Part shown: positions 9,371-17,080 of the stretch, one piece after another
Numbering within the stretch: position 1 is the first letter of the stretch
Layout of the letters: every line of letters starts with the position of its first letter
Assembly (NCBI GenBank): GCA_965226585.1
Contig: OZ245366.1
Location: 512,001-576,000 of the forward strand
Length of the DNA stretch: 64,000 nt
DNA from: Thermodesulfobacteriota bacterium
Lineage (GTDB): Bacteria; Desulfobacterota_D; UBA1144; Nemesobacterales; Mycalebacteriaceae
Reading direction: 5' to 3'
Program-made: the position numbers and the translations under genes
The notes under the pieces: generated by a model
Databases searched by the model: none
Told to the model about the DNA's origin: nothing
What the model saw: only the letters and a program-made list of their open reading frames with translations

Positions 9371-10251
9371 TGGAACTCAAGCCTGAACAGTACAGAAACA
9401 AACTTATATGTGGTGATACTTTCGAGGCTTTGCGGTCAATCCCAAACGGTGTTGTAGATGTTGGTGTAACCTCTCCTCCATATAACAAGAAAGAAAAAAA
9501 CAAGGGCTGGTTGGTAAAGAATGTTGTCTACTCTGAATACAAGGACAAAGTTCCTGAAAACAAGTATCAGGCAAATCAAGTTGCTGTTTTGAACGAAATC
9601 CACCGTATAACCAAAAGCGATGGGTCTTTTTTCTATAATCACAAAATCAGGTGGGAAGATGGAGAGATGTTTCACCCTATGGATTGGTTGAGAAAGACCG
9701 ATTGGGTTGTTAAGCAAGAAATCATCTGGGATAGGACTATCGCCGCGAATATAAGAGGGTGGAGATATTGGCAAGTTGAGGAGAGGATTTACTGGCTTTA
9801 CAAGCCGATTGGTACAAACAAGAAAGGGAGAGAGCTGGCATCAAAGGATGCAAAGTTAACCTCAGTGTGGCGAGCAGTTCCTGAAAACAACAATCCTCAT
9901 CCCGCTCCTTTTCCCCTTTGGCTTCCGGCAAGGATCATCATTTCACTTTTAGAAGGTAAAAAAAGCGGTCTTGTTTTAGACCCGTATGTTGGTAGTGGCA
10001 CAACTGCGGTTGCCGCAAAATTGCTCGGCTTTGATTATCTGGGTGTGGATATTGGAGAGGAGTACATTGACTACGCTGAAGAACGTCTTGCAAATGCTGA
10101 AAGAGAAAGAAGCAAGATTATGGGTGAGCAGAGCCTTCATAAAGTCCACAAGACCTTTAAGTCCAGAAAAGAAAGGGGAGAAAATACTGGCAAATATCGT
10201 AAAGAGGAAGAATCTAACAAGCCTCTAACACTCTTTGAGCATAGGAAATAG
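9370..10251 (+). CDS. Site-specific DNA methyltransferase, beta class (N4-C/N6-A; SPPY suggests m4C)
   Basis: VTSPPYN motif IV precedes HPAPFP and LDPYVGSGTT motif I. Confidence 0.92.
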   Translation: MELKPEQYRNKLICGDTFEALRSIPNGVVDVGVTSPPYNKKEKNKGWLVKNVVYSEYKDKVPENKYQANQVAVLNEIHRITKSDGSFFYNHKIRWEDGEMFHPMDWLRKTDWVVKQEIIWDRTIAANIRGWRYWQVEERIYWLYKPIGTNKKGRELASKDAKLTSVWRAVPENNNPHPAPFPLWLPARIIISLLEGKKSGLVLDPYVGSGTTAVAAKLLGFDYLGVDIGEEYIDYAEERLANAERERSKIMGEQSLHKVHKTFKSRKERGENTGKYRKEEESNKPLTLFEHRK

Positions 10252-10302
10252 TGCGCTAAGTAAGGGTAATTTGCTAGGGTGGTTTTTATTTTGAGTTTGA
10301 AT

Positions 10303-10707
10303 ATGGAAGACAAAGTCCAGAAAGATTATGATTACAGGCAGGGACTTATTTCCACAGAAACCAGTCTCAGACATTCTTATGACAAATTAGTAGTTGCCAT
10401 TGCAACGGGTACGGTTTGGATAAGTGTTTTCTTTGTTGATGGTAGGGAGATGATAGTCTCAGAAAGGTTTATCTTCTGGGGCTGGTTTTTTTCAATTCTT
10501 TCCATAGTTTCCGTGTTGTTCTCAGTCTATTTAGGTATCAAAGCACACAGAAAAGCAGTTGAGCAAAGGGATAAAAACCCTAGCCAGACACACAGGCTAG
10601 GTGGAAATTTTTCGCTTTTGTCGAGCTATTTTCACAACTCTGCCTTAGCCTTTTTGATTGTCGGTATGTGTTTTATATGTGCATTTGTCTTTTTTAATAT
10701 AAGGTAG
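10303..10707 (+). CDS. Small membrane protein (about 3 hydrophobic helices)
   Basis: Hydrophobic segments LVVAIATGTVWISVFFV, FIFWGWFFSILSIVSVLFSVYLG, ALAFLIVGMCFICAFVFF; alternative start at 10279. Confidence 0.75.
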   Translation: MEDKVQKDYDYRQGLISTETSLRHSYDKLVVAIATGTVWISVFFVDGREMIVSERFIFWGWFFSILSIVSVLFSVYLGIKAHRKAVEQRDKNPSQTHRLGGNFSLLSSYFHNSALAFLIVGMCFICAFVFFNIR

Positions 10708-10722
10708 TACAATTCGGGTGGC

Positions 10723-10887
10723 ATGAAGGACGATAAACAAAATCCTCCAACTCCTACAGAGCCAGAGGAGCGTCCCACTCCTAAGCCTGTTGGGGACAAC
10801 AGAAGGGATCAGTCTTGGGAACCACCGCCACCACCCCCGTCGCCACCATCACCCCCGCCAAAAGAAAATCCTAATCAAGATGATTAG
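10723..10887 (+). CDS. 54-aa proline-rich peptide, not in ORF track
   Basis: ATG 10723 to TAG 10887: MKDDKQNPPTPTEPEERPTPKPVGDNRRDQSWEPPPPPPSPPSPPPKENPNQDD. Confidence 0.6.
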   Translation: MKDDKQNPPTPTEPEERPTPKPVGDNRRDQSWEPPPPPPSPPSPPPKENPNQDD

Positions 10888-10942
10888 ATGGACAGTTGGT
10901 TTTTTGACAACGCTTGTTATTTCAAAGCATATACGAACTTCA

Positions 10943-11014
10943 GGCCCCGTAGCTCAGGGGGAGAGCGTTCGCCTCACACGCGAAAGGTCGTTGGTTCAAT
11001 TCCAACCGGGGCCA
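10943..11014 (+). tRNA. tRNA-Val(CAC), CCA not encoded
   Basis: Acceptor GGCCCCG/CGGGGCC, anticodon stem TTCGC/GCGAA with loop CTCACAC, T arm GTTGG-TTCAATT-CCAAC; TTGACA at 10904. Confidence 0.95.
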
Positions 11015-11043
11015 AGCTAGGCTAGGATAAGAAATATAGGGGA

Positions 11044-11595
11044 TTGATTATGTTTTCTATTGTTTTTGCATCAATTGCTCTCTTGATTTCTGTTTTCACC
11101 CTTTACTTACAGTTTTTTCATCATCCGCGCAGGATCAGAGTTGTCAGCCTCGGGATACACACCCCTCACGGACAAAGGTTTGCTATATGTAATGGAGGCA
11201 AGCAAGCAGCTTATCTGGTCAGCATATCGGCAAATTATATGTTTCCGCTGAATCAAGGAACTCTTTTTTCGCCGGTTGAGAAAATACAAACGGTAAGTAC
11301 CAGTTTTATCCAACCTGATGGTTTCCTCGAATTTTTCTATCAAGATACACAAGAAAATTTTCGGAAAGCTACGGACACATACTCATCTCTTGCGAGGTCG
11401 GGTAAGGTTCAAAACAAAAGAGTGAGCATCATGATTGATGTTTCCATTTCATTTTCTGATGGCGTAATATTCTATCATCAGTTTGAATCTGCTGTGGTCT
11501 CATTCAACGACCAGCATGCTCTTCAAGCAATGTCTTACAATGAGGTTGGTCTTGATTTTTTAAAGAGTGCAAAAGAAAAAGGCTTTTCTAAGTGA
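11044..11595 (+). CDS. Hypothetical protein with N-terminal membrane anchor
   Basis: 183-aa AT-rich ORF; hydrophobic first 25 aa followed by a beta-rich region. Confidence 0.7.
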   Translation: MIMFSIVFASIALLISVFTLYLQFFHHPRRIRVVSLGIHTPHGQRFAICNGGKQAAYLVSISANYMFPLNQGTLFSPVEKIQTVSTSFIQPDGFLEFFYQDTQENFRKATDTYSSLARSGKVQNKRVSIMIDVSISFSDGVIFYHQFESAVVSFNDQHALQAMSYNEVGLDFLKSAKEKGFSK

Positions 11596-11669
11596 AATCC
11601 GTTGAATAGTTTGGTAAAAACGGCAAGGTATGTCTCAAGTTTCTTCTGAAAACCATCGTATCTCTCACT

Positions 11670-13601
11670 ATGTCTAGTATAACAATCACAAACAAAGACA
11701 ACTCCGCCGAAATTGAATTCGGTTCAACAGTCGCGCAAGCCCTTGCCGCTCTCGGCGCGGAGAAATCCGCTATCGGGGCTACTGTCAACGGCAACCTGAT
11801 GGACTTGACGCAAACCCTTGCGGAAAACTCCGCGCTTGAACCCGTTAAACAAAACTCCCCCGAAGGGCTTGCCCTTATACGCCACACCGCCGCGCACGTT
11901 ATGGCGGAAGCGGTTCAAGGGCTCTTCCCGGATGTGAAAGTTACCATCGGTCCCGTTATTGATAACGGTTTCTATTACGATTTTGACGCTCCAACACCGT
12001 TCACACCGGAAGACCTGGAGAAGATTGAAGAAAAAATGACGGAAATAGTCTCGGAAAACAAACCGCTTGCGCGCAAGACCGTCTCACGCGAAGACGCGGT
12101 TAAAACCTTTTCGGATATGGGCGAAAACTATAAAGTGGAAATCATCCGCGACCTGCCCGAAGACGAAGACATCACGATTTACGAACAAGGCAAATGGTTC
12201 GACCTGTGCAGAGGGCCCCACGCGCCTTCAACCGGCGCGGTCAAAGCGTTCAAACTCACGTCCTCCGCCGGAGCTTACTGGCGCGGCGTTGAAACCAACC
12301 CCATGCTTCAGCGCATATACGGCACGGCTTTCCCCGACAGAAAAGAACTGAAAAAACACCTCGCCATGCTTGAAGAAGCAAAAAAACGCGACCATAGAAA
12401 ACTGGGCAAAGAACTCGACCTTTTCAGCATCCGAGACGATGTGGGTCCGGGGCTTGTTCTCTGGCATCCGAAAGGGGCGAGAGTGCGCGGAATTATTGAA
12501 GACTACTGGAGAAAAGAGCACCGCAAGGCGGGATACGACATTCTCTACACACCGCACCTTGCGCGTCTCGACCTTTGGAAAACAAGCGGACATCTGGACT
12601 TCTACTCTGAAAGCATGTTCTCGCCGTCACAAATTGACAACGCAGACTATCAGATAAAACCGATGAACTGCCCGTTTCATATCCTTATCTACAAATCCAC
12701 CGTCAGAAGCTACAGAGACCTGCCGCTTCGCTGGGCGGAAGTGGGAACGGTCTACAGATACGAACGCTCAGGCGTTCTGCACGGGCTTTTGAGAGTGAGA
12801 GGCTTTTCACAGGATGATGCCCATATATTCTGCCGCCCCGACCAGATTGCGGATGAAGTGGGAGACGTTATAGACCTTACGCTCTCATTCCTGAAAAAGT
12901 TCGGGTTTGACGATTTTGAGATATTTCTCTCCACACGCCCCGACAAGTTTGTGGGAAGCGAAGAAGACTGGGAAAGATCAACCGAAGCCATCAAATCCGT
13001 GATGGAGGACAAGGGGCTGGAGTATTCCATTGACGAAAAAGGCGGCGCGTTTTACGGGCCCAAGATAGACCTCAAGATAAAGGACGTTCTCGGAAGGTCT
13101 TGGCAGTGTTCCACCGTTCAGTTAGACTTCAACCTGCCCAAGAGGTTTGACATGGCGTTTGCGGGTGAAGATAATGCGCGCCATGTTCCGATAATGATTC
13201 ATCGCGCCATATTCGGTTCGTTTGAGAGATTTTTCGGGATTTTAGTTGAGCATTACGGCGGAGCGTTTCCGTTGTGGCTCAGCCCGGTTCAAGTCCGGGT
13301 TGCCACTGTCGGGGGCGAATACGCCGGATACGCGCAATCGGTTGTGGATGCTCTCAGGGGGAAGGGAATACGGGTTGAAGAAGACTTCAGAAACGAAAAA
13401 CTCGGCTACAAGGTTAGAGAGGCTCAAGTGATGAAGGTGCCGTACCTGCTCGTGATTGGAGAAAAGGAAGCCGCGAATTCAACCGTGGCGCCAAGAAAAT
13501 ATGGAAGTGAAAGTTTGAACCCAATGGGGATTGGCGAGTTTATAGAAGTGCTGAACACTGAAGGCGCGGAGTTTGAATCCGGCGGGGAGATGTCGCCATA
13601 A
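11670..13601 (+). CDS. thrS: Threonine--tRNA ligase
   Basis: RHTAAHVMA, DLCRGPH, RDHRKLG, KPMNCP, GAFYGPKID. Confidence 0.98.
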   Translation: MSSITITNKDNSAEIEFGSTVAQALAALGAEKSAIGATVNGNLMDLTQTLAENSALEPVKQNSPEGLALIRHTAAHVMAEAVQGLFPDVKVTIGPVIDNGFYYDFDAPTPFTPEDLEKIEEKMTEIVSENKPLARKTVSREDAVKTFSDMGENYKVEIIRDLPEDEDITIYEQGKWFDLCRGPHAPSTGAVKAFKLTSSAGAYWRGVETNPMLQRIYGTAFPDRKELKKHLAMLEEAKKRDHRKLGKELDLFSIRDDVGPGLVLWHPKGARVRGIIEDYWRKEHRKAGYDILYTPHLARLDLWKTSGHLDFYSESMFSPSQIDNADYQIKPMNCPFHILIYKSTVRSYRDLPLRWAEVGTVYRYERSGVLHGLLRVRGFSQDDAHIFCRPDQIADEVGDVIDLTLSFLKKFGFDDFEIFLSTRPDKFVGSEEDWERSTEAIKSVMEDKGLEYSIDEKGGAFYGPKIDLKIKDVLGRSWQCSTVQLDFNLPKRFDMAFAGEDNARHVPIMIHRAIFGSFERFFGILVEHYGGAFPLWLSPVQVRVATVGGEYAGYAQSVVDALRGKGIRVEEDFRNEKLGYKVREAQVMKVPYLLVIGEKEAANSTVAPRKYGSESLNPMGIGEFIEVLNTEGAEFESGGEMSP

Positions 13602-14200
13602 GGGGACCCAGGAGAAAACCGGAAAGACGCCCCCCCGCCACACGGATAAACCGCAGGATAAGGGCTCCACAGGTGAGAGTGATTGACGAAGAAGGTAATC
13701 AGCTTGGGGTTATGGCAATAGATGACGCTCTGGCAAGGGCGGAGCAGGTTGAGCTTGACCTTGTTGAGGTCGCGCCCGAATCAAGCCCTCCCGTTTGCAG
13801 GCTTGTTGACTACGGAAAATACAAATATCTGCAGAAGAAAAACACGCGCAAGCAGAAGCCGAGCCAGGTGAAGGAAATAAACTTGAGACCGCACATAGGA
13901 CAGCACGATCTGGCAGTTAAAATGGGAAGACTGAAGAACTTTCTTCAAGACGGCTGCAAGACGAAACTGAAGGTTATGTTCAGGGGAAGAGAGTTTGCTC
14001 ATCAGAACACCGGCTTTGAACTTATCTCCTCAATAGTGGCACAAGTCTCGGATTTGGGTAAAGTAGATTCTCCGGCGAAACTTGAAGGCAGAAGCATAGT
14101 GGCTGTTCTGTCTCCCGCTTCCGGCGCGGTTAAGGCGGAAGGCACAGATAAGGCGGCGGAAAAGAAACTGCCGGAAGACGGAGCGCGGGAAGCGTCATGA
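13598..14200 (+). CDS. infC: Translation initiation factor IF-3, predicted ATA start
   Basis: The conserved RINRRIRAPQVRVID lies upstream of the track's GTG; in-frame ATA at 13598 follows GGGGAG and overlaps the thrS stop. Confidence 0.93.
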   Translation: MRGPRRKPERRPPATRINRRIRAPQVRVIDEEGNQLGVMAIDDALARAEQVELDLVEVAPESSPPVCRLVDYGKYKYLQKKNTRKQKPSQVKEINLRPHIGQHDLAVKMGRLKNFLQDGCKTKLKVMFRGREFAHQNTGFELISSIVAQVSDLGKVDSPAKLEGRSIVAVLSPASGAVKAEGTDKAAEKKLPEDGAREAS

Positions 14201-14397
14201 AAAACAAAATCAAAACAAACAGAAGCGCGGCGAAAAGGTTTTCTTTTACCGGCGGCGGAAAAGTGAAAATGGCAAGGGGCGGCAAATCGCACCTGAACGT
14301 CAAAAAGAACTCCAAGAGGATGAGGCGGCTCGGCTCGGCTCTCTACCTTGACGGAGCCGCGGCGAAAAAAATCGCCTCGTATATTTCGGGGAAATAA
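14197..14397 (+). CDS. rpmI: 50S ribosomal protein L35
   Basis: [12 protein letters not shown]; position in infC-rpmI-rplT. Confidence 0.95.
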   Translation: MKNKIKTNRSAAKRFSFTGGGKVKMARGGKSHLNVKKNSKRMRRLGSALYLDGAAAKKIASYISGK

Positions 14398-14413
14398 CAC
14401 AGGAGCAAATCAG

Positions 14414-14782
14414 ATGAGAGTAACACCGTCAGTCGCGTCACGGAACAGGCGCAAAAAACTTCTGAAACAGGCAAGGGGCTACTGGGGACGCAGGAAAAAC
14501 AACCTCAGGAAAGCCAAAGAAACTCTTCTGCGCGCTATGGCGTATTCATACCGCGACCGCCGCAACAGAAAGAGAGAGTTCAGGGCGCTGTGGATAACGC
14601 GCATAAACGCGGCGGTTAGACCCTACGGGCTTTCATACAGCCGTTTTATGGCGGAACTCAAAAAATCAGGCGTTGAACTTGACAGGAAATCCCTTTCGGA
14701 ACTCGCCATCAGAGACCCTCGCGGATTTGAGCAGATTGTCAAAAACGCGGGCGGCGATGCCTCCGCTTCCGCCGCCAACTGA
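14414..14782 (+). CDS. rplT: 50S ribosomal protein L20
   Basis: [29 protein letters not shown] before ATG 14414. Confidence 0.97.
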   Translation: MRVTPSVASRNRRKKLLKQARGYWGRRKNNLRKAKETLLRAMAYSYRDRRNRKREFRALWITRINAAVRPYGLSYSRFMAELKKSGVELDRKSLSELAIRDPRGFEQIVKNAGGDASASAAN

Positions 14783-14794
14783 AGGCGGCATTTT

Positions 14795-15487
14795 TCATCC
14801 AACAGTTTTTGCCCCGCCCGGCGGAAGGTCTGCGCGAAGCGGGCAGTTTTCGCAATCCGGTTTTCTTTTGTGGCAGAACAGTTTTGCCGTTCTGACTATA
14901 AGCGCGTGATACTCGCCCCACATCTCCACATCACGGGGCAGGTTTTCTTCAAACAGTTGTTGAACATCTCCGTAAGCCGCTTTTTCATCCGAAAGCCCGT
15001 GCCGCGAGGTTATCCGTTTGGTGTAGGCGTCAACAACAAAAGAGGGTTTGCCCGCCGCGTAAAGCGTTATGCTGTCCGCCGTTTCGGGGCCTATGCCTTC
15101 AAGGTTCAAAAGGGTTTCCCGCAGTTTTCCGGTTTCTTCGGCAAGAAGGGCGTCTATTTCCCCGCCGTAGTTTTGTGTTACAAAACGGGCAAAGATTTTC
15201 AGGCGTTTTGCTTTCTGATTGAAGTAGCCGCTTGGTTTTATCAACCGCGCAAGGCGGAAAAGCGGCATATCGTCAATCCCCCGGACGGTCAGTTTCGCGC
15301 TGTTTTTCAGGTTTTTTATCGCCTTCTCAACGTTTGTCCAAGCCGTGTTTTGCGTAAGGATTGCCCCCGCCACGCACTCAAACGCCGTTTCAGCGGGCCA
15401 CCAGTTCTGCCCGCCGAAGTGTGAAAACATCGCGCCGTAGATTTTTTCAAGCCTTTCGCCCGTTTTGCCCACGGCGGCAATATACAC
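14795..15487 (-). CDS. HhH-GPD endonuclease III-related glycosylase with FeS motif
   Basis: WWPAET, GAILTQNTAW, GIGPETADSI, C-x6-C-x2-C. Confidence 0.9.
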   Translation of the reverse strand: MYIAAVGKTGERLEKIYGAMFSHFGGQNWWPAETAFECVAGAILTQNTAWTNVEKAIKNLKNSAKLTVRGIDDMPLFRLARLIKPSGYFNQKAKRLKIFARFVTQNYGGEIDALLAEETGKLRETLLNLEGIGPETADSITLYAAGKPSFVVDAYTKRITSRHGLSDEKAAYGDVQQLFEENLPRDVEMWGEYHALIVRTAKLFCHKRKPDCENCPLRADLPPGGAKTVG

Positions 15488-15556
15488 GGAAAGTGCGTCT
15501 CATCCGCCGTGTTTGTTGACAATTTCTCTGTGTGATGTTTAATCATAACTCTTTCG

Positions 15557-16651
15557 ATGAAGCACACCTCCCTTTACAGGAAACACATAGAAAACGGCGC
15601 GAAAATGACCGAATTTGCCGGCTGGGATATGCCGCTTTTCTATGAGGGAATCAGAGAGGAACACCGCGCCGCGCGCTCCTCCTGCGGCGTTTTTGACGCA
15701 AGCCACATGGGCGAAATCGAGATAACCGGAACCGGCGCGCAGGAGTTGTGCCAGCGGCTTGTTACAAATGATGTTTCGCGCATAGACGGCGGGCGCGTCC
15801 AATACAACCTGCTCTGCAACGAAGAGGGCGGCATTCTGGACGACCTTATGGTCTATAAGTTTTCCGAAGAAAGATTTGTTCTTTGCGTCAACGCCTCAAA
15901 CACGGAGAGAGACTTTGAGTGGATAGCGGAACGCGCCAAAGGTTCCGGAGCCGAAGCCAGAAACATAAGCGACTCAGTTGCCCTTGTCTCCGTGCAAGGG
16001 CCTGATTCTCCCTCAGCCGCCCGCGCCGCGCTTTCAGAAACAGGAGCGGATGTTGAACTTCCCGGCAGGTTTTCATTCACACTGCTTGACGGCGGCACGG
16101 AGGCGTTCATATCGAGAACCGGCTACACGGGAGAGGACGGTTTTGAGATATTTCTTCCGCAGAAAAACGCGCCCGCGCTCTGGGACGCGCTTGTTTCATC
16201 AGGCGCTGCAGTGTGCGGGCTCGGATGCAGAGACACGCTCAGGCTTGAGATGGGGTACACTCTTTACGGAAACGAAATATCAGAGGAGATAAACCCTTTT
16301 GAGGCGAACCTCGGCGGGTATGTGAAAATGGACAAGGGCGATTTTTGCGGCAGAAGCGCGCTTGAAAAAGTTGTGAGCGAAGGGGCAAAACGCTCTCTCT
16401 GCGGCATCACAATGGCTGAACCGGGTATTCCGCGAAGTCTTTACAAGGTGTTTTGCGGCGGCGATGAGGCGGGCTTTGTTACAAGCGGAACGATGTCGCC
16501 AAGTTTGGAAAAACCGGTCGGGCTTGTGATGATAAACTCTGCTGCGGTTGAAACGGCGCGGCGCGAAGGTGTTGAGATTCAGATTAGAAAAAACCGCAAA
16601 AAAGCGGAGATTACAGACCCGCCTTTTTACGGAAAAGACGGCAAAAAATAA
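15557..16651 (+). CDS. gcvT: Glycine cleavage T protein
   Basis: FAGWDMP, FDASHMG, SRTGYTGEDGFE, RDTLRLE. Confidence 0.97.
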   Translation: MKHTSLYRKHIENGAKMTEFAGWDMPLFYEGIREEHRAARSSCGVFDASHMGEIEITGTGAQELCQRLVTNDVSRIDGGRVQYNLLCNEEGGILDDLMVYKFSEERFVLCVNASNTERDFEWIAERAKGSGAEARNISDSVALVSVQGPDSPSAARAALSETGADVELPGRFSFTLLDGGTEAFISRTGYTGEDGFEIFLPQKNAPALWDALVSSGAAVCGLGCRDTLRLEMGYTLYGNEISEEINPFEANLGGYVKMDKGDFCGRSALEKVVSEGAKRSLCGITMAEPGIPRSLYKVFCGGDEAGFVTSGTMSPSLEKPVGLVMINSAAVETARREGVEIQIRKNRKKAEITDPPFYGKDGKK

Positions 16652-16672
16652 ATTCACAGGGAGGAAACTGTT

Positions 16673-17059
16673 TTGAGCGAGCCGGAAAACTTGAAATATA
16701 CACGGGAGCACGAGTGGGCGCTGCTTGATGGCGGCGTGGTAACGGTGGGCATAACGGACTATGCCCAGCAGACACTCGGCGAGATAGTTTTTGTGGAACT
16801 GCCTTCAGAGGGAGCCGCGTTCGGGCGGGGAGATGTTTTCGGGGCGGTAGAGTCCACCAAGGCGGTTTCCGACCTGTTCTGCCCGGTTTCGGGAAAGGTG
16901 GTTGAGATAAACGAGACGCTTGTTGACTCCCCCGAAACGGTCAACGGCTCGCCTTACACGGAGGGCTGGATAATAAAGGTTTCCGTTGATGACGCTTCCC
17001 CGCTTGAAGGTCTGATGGATTCAGCCGAGTATAAGAAATTTTTGGAGACCGCCGGATAA
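16673..17059 (+). CDS. gcvH: Glycine cleavage H protein
   Basis: HEW, GITDYAQ, VESTKA lipoyl lysine; GGAGG SD. Confidence 0.97.
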   Translation: MSEPENLKYTREHEWALLDGGVVTVGITDYAQQTLGEIVFVELPSEGAAFGRGDVFGAVESTKAVSDLFCPVSGKVVEINETLVDSPETVNGSPYTEGWIIKVSVDDASPLEGLMDSAEYKKFLETAG

Positions 17060-17080
17060 GGTTTTCTCCGCGGAGTTTTT

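Larger units (their letters stand above)
8266..11600. mobile_element. AT-rich accessory cassettes downstream of the two tRNA-Val genes
   Basis: GC drop right at the tRNA 3' ends, R-M and hypothetical genes, repeated CTAG; no integrase or duplicated tRNA end seen. Confidence 0.6.

Noticed and set aside
10790..11020. 76-aa His/Arg-rich ORF
   Set aside because: Alternative frame of the polyproline ORF that runs through tRNA-Val(CAC).
11596..11669. T-box or structured thrS leader
   Set aside because: Too short; no T-box sequence or clear hairpins.
15488..15556. Glycine riboswitch upstream of gcvT
   Set aside because: The intergenic space of about 70 nt is occupied by a TTGACA promoter; no aptamer motifs.
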